Positions 1-9,135 of a DNA stretch of 41,400 nucleotides are shown here, piece after piece (positions within the stretch are counted from its first letter, which is position 1; each line of letters starts with the position of its first letter). The translations under genes were made by a program, and so were the position numbers. The notes under the pieces are model-generated. The model was given only the letters and a program-made list of their open reading frames with translations, was not told where the DNA came from and made no database searches. The DNA is taken from assembly GCA_043810925.1 (NCBI GenBank), contig JBDRNT010000068.1, positions 1 to 41,400 of the forward strand, written 5' to 3'. Source of the stretch: Candidatus Eiseniibacteriota bacterium (lineage in GTDB: Bacteria; Arandabacterota; Arandabacteria; Arandabacterales; Arandabacteraceae).

Positions 1-105
1 CTTCAAAGCCTTCGCCTCCACTTCATCCCAAAACATCGCCTGATGAATTCTCTTGAGTTCCCGCCATTCTGTGCTACTATAATCTCCAAACACTAATTCT
101 TGCAT
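1..105 (-). CDS. N-terminus of probable transposase (IS256-like), runs off the window
   Basis: Minus-strand ATG at 105 preceded by GAAAGGAGG; open to the window edge (MQELVFGDYSSTEWRELKRIHQAMFWDEVEAKALK). The family call rests on resemblance of this N-terminus and the upstream end sequence, not on a catalytic motif. Confidence 0.5.
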   Translation of the reverse strand, partial: MQELVFGDYSSTEWRELKRIHQAMFWDEVEAKALK

Positions 106-215
106 GGGTACGGCCTCCTTTCGGTTGACTAGCCAAAAGACTCTGGAGACTGTACCCATCTCTACATCAACCCAAAATCCCGCTCAACTCAAATCCCCAC
201 ACTTTCCTATACATC
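1..215 (-). mobile_element. Probable left end of an insertion sequence (IS256-like)
   Basis: Minus-strand GATGTATAGGAAAGTGTG (215-198) resembles IS256-family termini. An inverted repeat (104-118 / 145-159) covers the SD and ATG of the downstream ORF. Confidence 0.4.
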
Positions 216-244
216 AAGGGCCTTGAAATCATCCAACATTTAAG

Positions 245-273
245 TTGCAACGGTGTATGTACAGTATTATAGT
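245..273 (+). promoter_or_regulatory. sigma70-type promoter for the DUF4912-GH57 operon
   Basis: TTGCAA-17 nt-TATAGT in an AT-rich intergenic stretch. Confidence 0.6.
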
Positions 274-339
274 GTTTCTAACACATTTTGACTAGATGTA
301 GTGGAATGTCCACAGGTACGCGTGCTGGGAGGGATTATC

Positions 340-1467
340 ATGACGAAGAAGGAACTTCTCTCCGCTGCAAAGCGAGATCTCCTCGCCAGGGCCCGAGATT
401 TGCGTATACGTGGCCGCACGAGCATGACCAAAGAGCAGCTGGCCGCCGCGATTGTGAAGGCCAGCAAGCAGGAGGGCGTAGGCGGCTCCTCCGAAACAAT
501 GCCGGGAGGGGGCCCGGGGCCGCAGAAGAGACGAGGGACCCCCATTAGAGAGCGGACTCTTGTCAGGCGAAGCTGGCGGGAGCAGCAGGCGTTGGTACAG
601 CATGCCAAGTATGAAGCGGAGTCGGGTAGAGCCGTAAAGGCGCCGCCCGAGCCCATGCCCGAACCGCATGAGCTGCCGCCGGCGTATGGCGGGGACCGAA
701 TTGTGCTCCTGGTTAGAGATCCGTACTGGCTTCATGTCTACTGGGAGATCTCAAGGGACACGCTGCTCAATGCAAAGAAGATACTTAGGGAAGAGTGGGA
801 GACGGCGCGGTCCGTACTCAGGGTCTATGATGTTACCGGAGTCGATTTCGATGGAAACAACGCCGAATCGTTTTTCGACATAGAGATCGACGGTGGTGCG
901 AATAACTGGTACGTCAATACGGGCGTGCCCAACCGGACCTACTGTATTGAGATAGGACTCCTCTCGAAGTCCGGGAAGTTCGTGATGCTGGCGAGGTCGA
1001 ACAAGGCCACCACCCCGAGAGACGCGCCATCGGATGTGTCCGACGAAGAGTGGATGATCCCCGACTGGCAGTTCGAACAGATCTATGCACTCTCGGGTGG
1101 TTTCAGCGTGGGCACGGGCTCTGCGGAACTCAAGGAGATGATGGAGAAAGCTCTTGGGCAGGCGTTGAGCTCAGGGGCGCCGAGCAGTTTCGCCGTATCG
1201 AGCCCGGGAATGGGGGCCGAGGCCGGAGTCCGGGCGCGCGGCTTCTGGTTCAGGCTGGGTACCGAGCTCATTGTCTACGGCGCCACAGAGCCGGATGCCA
1301 AGGTCACGCTCCAAGGAAGACCGATCAAGCTGAGACCCGACGGGACATTCACAGTTAGAATGGATCTACCCGATGGGGAGCAGGTTATCCCCGCCGTTGC
1401 AGTGTCGGCCGACGGCATCGACACTATCACCATAACGCCGACCGTGAGCAAGAAAACGAAGAAATAG
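340..1467 (+). CDS. DUF4912 domain protein with N-terminal Rho-N-like helix-extension-helix domain and C-terminal Ig-like domain
   Basis: ELPPAYGGDRIVLLVRDPYWLHVYWE, NNWYV, ARSN (DUF4912); N-terminal KRDLLARARDLRIRGRTSMTKEQL; C-terminal ELIVYGATEPDAKVT...PDGTF. ATG at 340 follows GGGAGGG. Confidence 0.85.
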   Translation: MTKKELLSAAKRDLLARARDLRIRGRTSMTKEQLAAAIVKASKQEGVGGSSETMPGGGPGPQKRRGTPIRERTLVRRSWREQQALVQHAKYEAESGRAVKAPPEPMPEPHELPPAYGGDRIVLLVRDPYWLHVYWEISRDTLLNAKKILREEWETARSVLRVYDVTGVDFDGNNAESFFDIEIDGGANNWYVNTGVPNRTYCIEIGLLSKSGKFVMLARSNKATTPRDAPSDVSDEEWMIPDWQFEQIYALSGGFSVGTGSAELKEMMEKALGQALSSGAPSSFAVSSPGMGAEAGVRARGFWFRLGTELIVYGATEPDAKVTLQGRPIKLRPDGTFTVRMDLPDGEQVIPAVAVSADGIDTITITPTVSKKTKK

Positions 1468-1470
1468 GTT

Positions 1471-3123
1471 TTGCCTTTGGGTACGCATAAAGACCAGGAG
1501 CCGCGAGGCCACCTCTCTATAGTTCTTCACGCGCATCTTCCGTTCGTGCGCCATCCGGAGTATGAGGAGTTTCTCGAAGAAGATTGGCTATTTGAAGCAA
1601 TAACAGAGACTTACATTCCTTTGCTCAGGGTCTTTGAGAAGTTGGACGCCGATTCGGTTCCCTTCAAGATAACGGTTTCCTTAAGTCCCACCGTGGTGGC
1701 CATGCTCAACGACTGGATGCTCCAGGAGCGCTACTTAAAACGCCTCAATAAACTGGTGGAACTTGCCTCGAAGGAAGTGGAGCGAACCCGCTGGGACTCT
1801 CGGCTGAACCGGCTGGCGCTTATGTATCACTGGCTTTTCGAGAACACGCGCCGGATCTACGCGGACGAATACTCACGGGACCTCGTGGGGGCTTTCCGCA
1901 GGGCGAGCGAGAGAGGAAACGTCGAGATCATAACCTGTTCGGCCACACATGGCTTCTTGCCGCTCATGTCCGTCAACAAGAACGCCGTCAGGGCCCAGAT
2001 AGAGACGGCCTGCAGATACCATCATAGGAACTTCGGTCAGCGGCCCCGCGGCATGTGGCTTCCTGAGTGTGCATACGAGCCGGGTATCGATGAGATGCTC
2101 AAGGCTTCGGGGATCAGGTTCTTTTTCACGGATACCCACGGGATACTCAATGCCGTACCGAGACCGAGATACGGTGTGTTTGCACCGATCTACTGTCCGT
2201 CCGGTGTGGCGGCCTTCGGACGCGACATGGAATCCTCAAGGCAGGTCTGGAGTGCTCAGGACGGGTACCCGGGTGATTTCACCTACCGGGATTTCTACCG
2301 CGACATAGGCTTTGATCTGGACCTCGATTACGTGCGGCCATATCTGCACGGTAATGTCACGCGAGTGCATACCGGTATCAAGTACTATCGCATAACAGGC
2401 AGGGGCGGCGAGAAGGAGCCCTACGATAGTGATGCGGCACTTGAAAAGGCAGCCGAGCATGCCGGGAACTTCGTCCACAACCGGGAACGCCAGATAGAGT
2501 ATCTCCAGGGTATTCTCGAAAGACCGCCAATGGTGATTGCGCCCTATGATGCAGAGCTCTTCGGTCACTGGTGGTTTGAGGGACCGCAGTGGCTCGAGTT
2601 TGTGATGAGGAAGGCGGCGTTCGACCAGAATACGTTCACGCTCACAACTCCTTCTGAGTACCTTTCACGCTATCCGGAGTGCCAGGTTGCCACACCATCG
2701 CAATCGAGCTGGGGTTGGAAGGGCTACAATGAGGTGTGGCTGGGTGGCTCCAACGACTGGATCTACAGGCATCTTCACTGGGCGGCGGACAGGATGGTGG
2801 AGCTTGCCAATGAGGATGACGGTGGAAACGCTCTCAAGGCAAGGGCCTTGACCCAGGCCGCCCGGGAGTTGTTGCTTGCCCAGGGTAGTGACTGGGCCTT
2901 CATCATGAAGACCGGGACCGCGGTTGACTATGCCGTAAAGCGGACCAAGGAGCACATCCTCAGGTTCCGGAGACTCTACAACGATATCAAGCGGGGTTCT
3001 ATTGACATAGAGTGGTTGAGTAATGTAGAAAATAAGGACAATCTGTTTCCCGAATTGGACTATCGAATCTACTCAGACCGGTTCTCCGTGGCCGGAAATA
3101 CCACAGCTGATACGAGGAGGTAA
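1471..3123 (+). CDS. GH57 family 1,4-alpha-glucan branching enzyme (DUF1957 C-terminal domain)
   Basis: LHAHLPFV, WLFEAITETYIPL, ATHGFLP, GMWLPECAY, PYDAELFGHWWFEG, ARELLLAQGSDWAF. Confidence 0.93.
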   Translation: MPLGTHKDQEPRGHLSIVLHAHLPFVRHPEYEEFLEEDWLFEAITETYIPLLRVFEKLDADSVPFKITVSLSPTVVAMLNDWMLQERYLKRLNKLVELASKEVERTRWDSRLNRLALMYHWLFENTRRIYADEYSRDLVGAFRRASERGNVEIITCSATHGFLPLMSVNKNAVRAQIETACRYHHRNFGQRPRGMWLPECAYEPGIDEMLKASGIRFFFTDTHGILNAVPRPRYGVFAPIYCPSGVAAFGRDMESSRQVWSAQDGYPGDFTYRDFYRDIGFDLDLDYVRPYLHGNVTRVHTGIKYYRITGRGGEKEPYDSDAALEKAAEHAGNFVHNRERQIEYLQGILERPPMVIAPYDAELFGHWWFEGPQWLEFVMRKAAFDQNTFTLTTPSEYLSRYPECQVATPSQSSWGWKGYNEVWLGGSNDWIYRHLHWAADRMVELANEDDGGNALKARALTQAARELLLAQGSDWAFIMKTGTAVDYAVKRTKEHILRFRRLYNDIKRGSIDIEWLSNVENKDNLFPELDYRIYSDRFSVAGNTTADTRR

Positions 3124-3129
3124 CTTTCG

Positions 3130-6100
3130 ATGTCGGATGCGACTGAACGCCTCTCCACAAAGGACACCAAGTCGGGCGGCGAGACCGGAGGGCTCGTACT
3201 CGGGCTTGACCTTGGTTCGGTGAGCCTCAATTCGGTGGTGCTGTCCGAAGAAGGCGAAATACTCCATGAGCGGTACACCCGGACCAGGGGCCTGCCAATG
3301 GAGGCCGCGCTATCGGTACTTGAGGACCTCTTCAAGCGTTATCCTGCGCGGAGCTTCAAGGCTGTCGGGGTGACCGGGTCGGGTGGAAAAGCGCTGGCAG
3401 GACTCCTTGACGGTTACTTCGTAAACGAGATCATTTCCCAGGCCAAGGCCATGGAGAAGCTTCATCCGGATGTGAGGAGCATAATCGAGATCGGGGGAGA
3501 GGATTCGAAGCTTATCCTCGTCGAACATGACAAGAAACTCGGCGCTACGATAATCAAAGACTTTGCGATGAACACGATCTGTGCTGCAGGTACGGGCTCA
3601 TTCCTGGATCAACAGGCCAGCAGGCTTGAGGTCAGCATAGAGAAATTCGGTGAGATATCACTTAAGTCCGAGCACCCTCCGAGGATAGCCGGAAGGTGCA
3701 GTGTCTTCGCAAAGACCGATATGATCCATCTCCAGCAGGAAGCGACCCCGGACTATGACATCGTGGCGGGTCTGTGCTTCGCGATGGCCAGGAACTTCAA
3801 GAGCAACATCGCGAAGGGCAAGCAATTCCTCAAACCGATTTCATTCCAGGGCGGCGTCGCTGCAAACAAGGGAATGGTGCGTGCCTCTGAAGAGGTATTA
3901 GATCTTGAAAATGGCGAGCTCGTAATCCCGGGGTACTACGCAGCGATGGGCGCCATTGGTGCCGGCCTTACTGCGATTGCGGGTGGTATTGAGCTTTCGG
4001 AGCCGCTGTCGCTTTCGTCCCTGAAAGACCACATCCGTGCACATGCGGTCCTTGAAGCCGGTCTTGAACAGCTTGTCCTTGATGAGGACAAGCGGTATAA
4101 GCACCGGAAGAAGAAGACGATCCATGCACCCGACGGCAAGACCAGGATCAAAGCCTACCTGGGTATTGATGTGGGCTCGCTCAGTACCAATGTGGTTGCA
4201 ATAGATGAAGACCGGCGGGTGCTTTCGCGGCGGTATCTTATGACCGCCGGCCGACCGATTGAAGCGGTGCGGCAGGGCCTCGATGAGGTCGGTGGCGAGA
4301 TTGCCGGTAAGGTAGAGGTCTGTGGTGTATGTACGACGGGCTCCGGCCGTTATCTTACAGGGGATTTTGTCGGTGCCGATGTTGTGAGAAACGAAATCAC
4401 GTGTCAGGCGATGGGGGCTGCAAGCATAGACCCTACGGTGGACACGGTTTTTGAAATAGGTGGTCAGGACTCCAAGTACATAAGTCTCGAAAACGGAGCT
4501 GTAGTCGATTTCGAGATGAACAAGGTGTGTGCTGCGGGTACCGGGTCTTTCCTGGAGGAGCAGGCCGAAAAGCTCGGTATCAACATCAAAGAGCAGTTCG
4601 GCGATATCGCTCTCACGGCCAAGTCTCCCGTGAGGCTCGGCGAGCGGTGCACGGTGTTTATGGAATCCGACCTGGTGCACCACCAGCAGAAGGGTGCCGA
4701 AAGGGACAATCTCGTCGGGGGCTTGAGTTACTCGATTGTGCACAACTACCTCAACAAGGTGGTGGCAGGCAAGCGCGTCGGGAAGAACATCTTCTTCCAG
4801 GGCGGTCCTGCGGCCAACGATGGTGTGGTTGCCGCCTTTGAGAAGGTGACGGGCGAGAAGATCACGGTCCCTGAGCATCATGATGTGACGGGTGCCATCG
4901 GTGCCGCGATAATCGCACTTGAAACCAACAAGGGGAAGCCGAGCAAGTTCAAGGGCTTCGATCTCAGCAAGAAGAAGTACGAGATCACGAGTTTCGAGTG
5001 CACCGACTGTGCCAACATGTGCGAGGTCAGGAAGGTCACCGTCGAAGGCGAGAAGCCGCTGTTCTTCGGATCCAGATGTGAGAAGTACGAGGTGGACAAG
5101 AAGAAGTCGAAGGGTGAGGGTATACCCGATCTATTCGCCGAGCGTGAGAAGTTCCTCCATAAGCTCTACGTGGAGCCTGATAAGAGTGTTAAGCCGGACA
5201 CCCGGAAGATCGGCGTGCCGCGTATGCTTCTCTTCCATGAGCTCTACCCGCTGTGGCACGCATTCCTGAAGCAACTCGGTTTCGATCCTGTGCTCTCAAG
5301 CAAGACCAACAAGAAGATCATACACTCAGGCATAGAGTCCGTTCCGGCCGAGACGTGTTTCCCTGCCAAGGTTGCGCACGGCCACATCGAGAATCTCATG
5401 AAGAAGGATATCGATTACATCTTTCTTCCGAGCGTGATCAATCTCAAGCAGCGGAATCCATTCATCGAACAGAGTTTCGCGTGTCCTTATGCCCAGACCT
5501 TACCCTATATAGCGAGTGCCGCCTTTGACTTTGAAAAGGAAGGGATCAAGGTCCTCAAGCCCCATGTTTATCTATCACGCGGCAAGGCGGACGTTGCGCG
5601 CACGCTGCGCGAGATGGGTCGCGAGCTCGGCAAGTCGGATAAGCAGATCAAGAAGGCGGTCGAGGCCGGGCTTGAGGCTCAGGATATGTTCTATGCGGCC
5701 TGTAAGAAGCGCGGCGAAGAGATACTCGCCGGTCTCGGCGAGAGGGACAGGGCATTTGTGGTTGTGAGCAGACCCTATAACGGCTGCGACAACGCGGTCA
5801 ATCTTGAGCTACCCAAGAAGCTGAGAGAACTGGGCGCGCTCGCCATGCCTATGGACTTCCTGCCGCTTGACAAGGTCAATCTCTCCCAGGAATGGGAGAA
5901 TATGTACTGGAGATACGGTCAGAAGATAATGTCGGCGGCCGAGCTGATAAGGAAGAACAAGCGGCTCTTCGCGATTTATATCACCAATTTCGGGTGTGGT
6001 CCGGATTCGTTCATTGCGCACTTCTTCAGGGAAGCCATGAGAGGCAAGCCCTACCTCCAGATAGAGATCGACGAACACAGTGCCGATGTCGGTGCGATCA

Positions 6101-7425
6101 CACGCTGTGAGGCGTTCCTGGACAGTCTTGAGCACGCGCGGGTTGTGGAGTTCCAGGATGAGGTTGTTGTTGTCGACGACTCAAACCGGCTGACCGCCGA
6201 CGCGGGTGGCATGAAGCGGAAGCTCTACGTTCCCAACATGTCGCCACACGCCTATCCGTTTGCGGCTGCTTTTACCCGGTCGGGGCTTCCCGCCGAGGTG
6301 CTTCCGGAGTCCGACGGGAAGACGCTTGAGTACGGAAGGAGTTTCACATCGGGCAAAGAGTGCTATCCCTGTATCGTTACGACCGGTGACATGGTCAAGA
6401 AAGTGATGGAGCCGGATTTTGATCCCAACGCCTCCGCATTCTTCATGCCGTCGGGAACGGGGCCGTGCCGGTTCGGTCAGTATAACCGTCTCCAGCGACT
6501 TGTTTTAAAGGAGCTGGGGCATGAGGATGTTCCGATAATATCCCCGAACCAGGGCAGGCAGTTCTATAACGAAATGGGACAGGTTGCCAAGGGCTTCGAC
6601 AGGCTTGCCTGGCGCGGGCTGCTCGCGGTCGACTTCCTCGAGAGGCTGACGCATGAGCGAAGGCCGTATGAGAAGATAAAAGGCAAGTGTGACGACCTCT
6701 TCTGGGAAGGTGTAGAGGATGTGTCCCAGGCCATTCTCGATGGCGTGGACATCTTTGATACGCTTGAAGCATGGAAACAGAAGATGATGGCGATCGAAAT
6801 CGTACCCGACGACACCAAGCCCCTGATCGGTATCGTGGGCGAGGTGTTTGTCCGGACCAACAGGTTCAGCAACAACAACATCGTCATCGAAATCGAGCGG
6901 CTTGGCGGAGAGGCCTGGCTGCCACCCTTTACCGAGTGGGTACTCTATACGAACTTCACCCGGAAGCGGGCCAACTGGGCCGGCAAAGACTACAAGGAAT
7001 GGCTGGTTACCGTGGTCAAGGACCGGGTCCAGAAGAAAGACGAACACACGATGAAGGAGATATTCAGAGGCGCGATTAAGAAACTCGATGAGCCTACGAC
7101 TGAAGAAGTACTCGCTCTGGCCCAGCCTTATGTTCATGACAGTTTCGAGGGTGAGGCGGGTTTGAGCGTGGGTAAGGCCATCGACTTCGTACGGCACGGT
7201 GCGAGCGGGATAATAAACGCGATGCCGTTTACCTGCATGCCCGGTACGATCGTAACCGGTGTGATGAAGCGGGTCCGTCAGGATCTCGATAACGTTCCCT
7301 TCCTTCAGATGGCATATGATGGGTTGGAGCAGACCAACACGCTGATGCGCCTTGAAGCCTTCATGTACCAGGCGGCCCAGTACAATCTCACACGGAAGGC
7401 CGTCCCCGTTAGTCAGAGGGGATAG
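3130..7425 (+). CDS. Fused acyl-CoA dehydratase activase-like protein (two ASKHA BcrAD/BadFG domains + DUF2229 + C-terminal dehydratase-like domain)
   Basis: Two GxDxGS / EIGGxDSK / MNxxCAAGTGSFL / RCxVF sets; CFPAKVAHGH, NFGCGPDSF, CYP, CRFGQY, PFTCMPG. Confidence 0.9.
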   Translation: MSDATERLSTKDTKSGGETGGLVLGLDLGSVSLNSVVLSEEGEILHERYTRTRGLPMEAALSVLEDLFKRYPARSFKAVGVTGSGGKALAGLLDGYFVNEIISQAKAMEKLHPDVRSIIEIGGEDSKLILVEHDKKLGATIIKDFAMNTICAAGTGSFLDQQASRLEVSIEKFGEISLKSEHPPRIAGRCSVFAKTDMIHLQQEATPDYDIVAGLCFAMARNFKSNIAKGKQFLKPISFQGGVAANKGMVRASEEVLDLENGELVIPGYYAAMGAIGAGLTAIAGGIELSEPLSLSSLKDHIRAHAVLEAGLEQLVLDEDKRYKHRKKKTIHAPDGKTRIKAYLGIDVGSLSTNVVAIDEDRRVLSRRYLMTAGRPIEAVRQGLDEVGGEIAGKVEVCGVCTTGSGRYLTGDFVGADVVRNEITCQAMGAASIDPTVDTVFEIGGQDSKYISLENGAVVDFEMNKVCAAGTGSFLEEQAEKLGINIKEQFGDIALTAKSPVRLGERCTVFMESDLVHHQQKGAERDNLVGGLSYSIVHNYLNKVVAGKRVGKNIFFQGGPAANDGVVAAFEKVTGEKITVPEHHDVTGAIGAAIIALETNKGKPSKFKGFDLSKKKYEITSFECTDCANMCEVRKVTVEGEKPLFFGSRCEKYEVDKKKSKGEGIPDLFAEREKFLHKLYVEPDKSVKPDTRKIGVPRMLLFHELYPLWHAFLKQLGFDPVLSSKTNKKIIHSGIESVPAETCFPAKVAHGHIENLMKKDIDYIFLPSVINLKQRNPFIEQSFACPYAQTLPYIASAAFDFEKEGIKVLKPHVYLSRGKADVARTLREMGRELGKSDKQIKKAVEAGLEAQDMFYAACKKRGEEILAGLGERDRAFVVVSRPYNGCDNAVNLELPKKLRELGALAMPMDFLPLDKVNLSQEWENMYWRYGQKIMSAAELIRKNKRLFAIYITNFGCGPDSFIAHFFREAMRGKPYLQIEIDEHSADVGAITRCEAFLDSLEHARVVEFQDEVVVVDDSNRLTADAGGMKRKLYVPNMSPHAYPFAAAFTRSGLPAEVLPESDGKTLEYGRSFTSGKECYPCIVTTGDMVKKVMEPDFDPNASAFFMPSGTGPCRFGQYNRLQRLVLKELGHEDVPIISPNQGRQFYNEMGQVAKGFDRLAWRGLLAVDFLERLTHERRPYEKIKGKCDDLFWEGVEDVSQAILDGVDIFDTLEAWKQKMMAIEIVPDDTKPLIGIVGEVFVRTNRFSNNNIVIEIERLGGEAWLPPFTEWVLYTNFTRKRANWAGKDYKEWLVTVVKDRVQKKDEHTMKEIFRGAIKKLDEPTTEEVLALAQPYVHDSFEGEAGLSVGKAIDFVRHGASGIINAMPFTCMPGTIVTGVMKRVRQDLDNVPFLQMAYDGLEQTNTLMRLEAFMYQAAQYNLTRKAVPVSQRG

Positions 7426-7492
7426 CCTCAAAGAGAGCCGCTACCTTCTATGTCTGCATCGTGCGGACGAACAAACAGAGGATGGGTCTGAC

Positions 7493-7627
7493 GTGGACAA
7501 TATAAGTGATAGGGGTTCATTGGCCATTGGTGGGACGACTCTTATAGGAATCGGTGTTGGATTCGTATTTCTTAGGACATCAGCCTTATTCTTTGTTGCG
7601 TCCCTCATTTCAAAAACCAAAGCGTAA
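7493..7627 (+). CDS. Small hydrophobic membrane protein (44 aa), possibly internally shortened
   Basis: GTG at 7493 after GAGGATGG; Gly-rich TM stretch AIGGTTLIGIGVGFVFLRTSALFFVASLISK. Confidence 0.45.
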   Translation: MDNISDRGSLAIGGTTLIGIGVGFVFLRTSALFFVASLISKTKA

Positions 7628-7709
7628 AACAGGTTTTTTGAGACGAATATGCCGCGTTGACAGCTTGCTCCCCTCGCCATCAGGTGAAGCGCAGTGTTAG
7701 GCATGGACG

Positions 7710-8216
7710 ATGCTTGAGACAAATCGCTTAAGACTTCGAAAAATGACCGCCGGTGATGTCGACGCCATCATGGTGATCTTCTCAGATCCGGAAGTGATGA
7801 GGTCTTTCGGTGGGGACCTGTTCGACCGGAGTCAGACCGAGAAATGGGTCGACCGCAATCTGGGCCACCAGAGGCAGTATGGCTATGGGCTCTTCTCTGT
7901 GATTCTCAAATCGGATCAGACTCTGGTTGGTGATTGCGGGTTGGAACATATGGAAGTGGACGGTCGGGCCGAGGTGGAGATTGGCTACGACTTCCGGAGC
8001 GACTACTGGGGACAGGGCCTGGCGACGGAGGCCGCGTCCGCCGTTCGTGATTTCGCTCTTATAGAGCTGGGCCTGCCGCGCGTCATCAGTCTGATAAGGC
8101 CCGACAATATAGCGTCACGCCGCGTCGCCGAGAAGATCGGCATGGTGAAGGAGAGAGACATACTGCGCGGGGGGCAGACCTACTGGATCTATTCGCTGTC
8201 GTCCGCCAAGTCCTAA
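7710..8216 (+). CDS. GNAT N-acetyltransferase, RimJ/RimL type
   Basis: LETNRLRLR, EVEIGY, YWGQGLATEAA, NIASRRVAEKIGM. Confidence 0.92.
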   Translation: MLETNRLRLRKMTAGDVDAIMVIFSDPEVMRSFGGDLFDRSQTEKWVDRNLGHQRQYGYGLFSVILKSDQTLVGDCGLEHMEVDGRAEVEIGYDFRSDYWGQGLATEAASAVRDFALIELGLPRVISLIRPDNIASRRVAEKIGMVKERDILRGGQTYWIYSLSSAKS

Positions 8217-8232
8217 CCCCACGCTTTCTTTA

Positions 8233-8457
8233 TCATTGCGAACTCCCGAAGGGAGCGCGGCAATCCGGCGGCCTGAACCTATGTAGAGATTGCCACGGCT
8301 CCTTCGGAGCCTCGCAACGACACCTCCATGCGTCGGATTGCTTCGTCACTTGGTACCTCGCAACGACACCTCCATGTGTCGGATTGCCTCGTCACTTGGT
8401 ACCTCGCAACGACACCTCCTGGGAGATTGCCACGTCACTGCACTCCTCGCAATGACA
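8233..8457. repeat. Array of REP/RPE-like palindromic units (one inverted unit followed by four direct units, core period 46 bp)
   Basis: TCATTGCG...GGCAATCC (8233-8266), then GATTGC...CCTCGCAA(C/T)GACA units at 8286, 8335, 8381 and 8424 with near-identical linkers. Confidence 0.85.
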
Positions 8458-8497
8458 TGTGCGTGCACCATCCCTCCATATTAGCTGTCAATACAGC

Positions 8498-8525
8498 TTG
8501 ACTCTACGCCAAGTACCGCTAAAAT
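8498..8525 (+). promoter_or_regulatory. sigma70-type promoter
   Basis: TTGACT-16 nt-TAAAAT upstream of the flavin reductase gene (SD AAGGAGG). Confidence 0.6.
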
Positions 8526-8561
8526 ACTTAAGAAACAGGCAAGATCGCCAAGGAGGCGCTG

Positions 8562-9062
8562 ATGGAGGATGTGAGCAAAGTAACCAGCGAATTCTCAGAG
8601 TCTGTCACGGTCGTCACCGTGAAAAAGGGTGACAAAGTCAATGCCATGACTGCCGCCTGGGCGATTCCCGTTTCCCACCGACCGGCCTTGGTTGTCGTGC
8701 ACATAGCCCCACAGAGATACACCCATGACATGATAATGGAAGCCAAGGAATTCGGTTTGAGTGTACTTGCTGAGGATCAGATGGCAATCTCGCAGCATGC
8801 CGGTATCACATCCGGCAGGAAGATCGACAAGTTCGAGAATGGGATAATGAAGCAGAAGCCGTCCAAGGTGATAGCTTCCCCCGTGCTCGAAGGCTGCGCC
8901 GCCACCATGGAATGCAAACTCGAGAAAGCGATAGCGATGGGCGATCATACTATATTCGTTGGACGGGTCGTGGCTATGGAGCGAGATCTCAGCAAGAAGC
9001 CGCTCACTCTGCATCGAGGTACCTATTACGGACTCGGTGAGTCCGTGGGGAAGTACTACTGA
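8562..9062 (+). CDS. Flavin reductase family protein (RutF/DIM6/NTAB-like)
   Basis: NAMTAAW, RYTHDMI, SGRKIDKF, MECKL, GDHTIFVGRV. Confidence 0.92.
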   Translation: MEDVSKVTSEFSESVTVVTVKKGDKVNAMTAAWAIPVSHRPALVVVHIAPQRYTHDMIMEAKEFGLSVLAEDQMAISQHAGITSGRKIDKFENGIMKQKPSKVIASPVLEGCAATMECKLEKAIAMGDHTIFVGRVVAMERDLSKKPLTLHRGTYYGLGESVGKYY

Positions 9063-9135
9063 GTCTCAGCTCTTGACAGTCCGGCCGTGAAGGCCCATCA
9101 CTCAGGTTCTGGTTCTTATTGCTACGGGGAGGCTT

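Noticed and set aside
3898-4881. Long antisense ORFs (also 6505-7431, 9331-10476, 10492-11385, 25601-26596, 29556-30563)
   Set aside because: Shadow frames of well-supported plus-strand genes, expected from codon bias in GC-rich DNA; no recognisable motifs.
8286-8457. CRISPR array
   Set aside because: The segments between repeats are short and nearly identical rather than unique spacers, the units recur dispersed in both orientations, and there are no cas genes.
8290-8484. 64-aa ORF (and its counterpart 19546-19869 on the minus strand)
   Set aside because: Both are translations of the repeat element, with no SD or protein-like composition.
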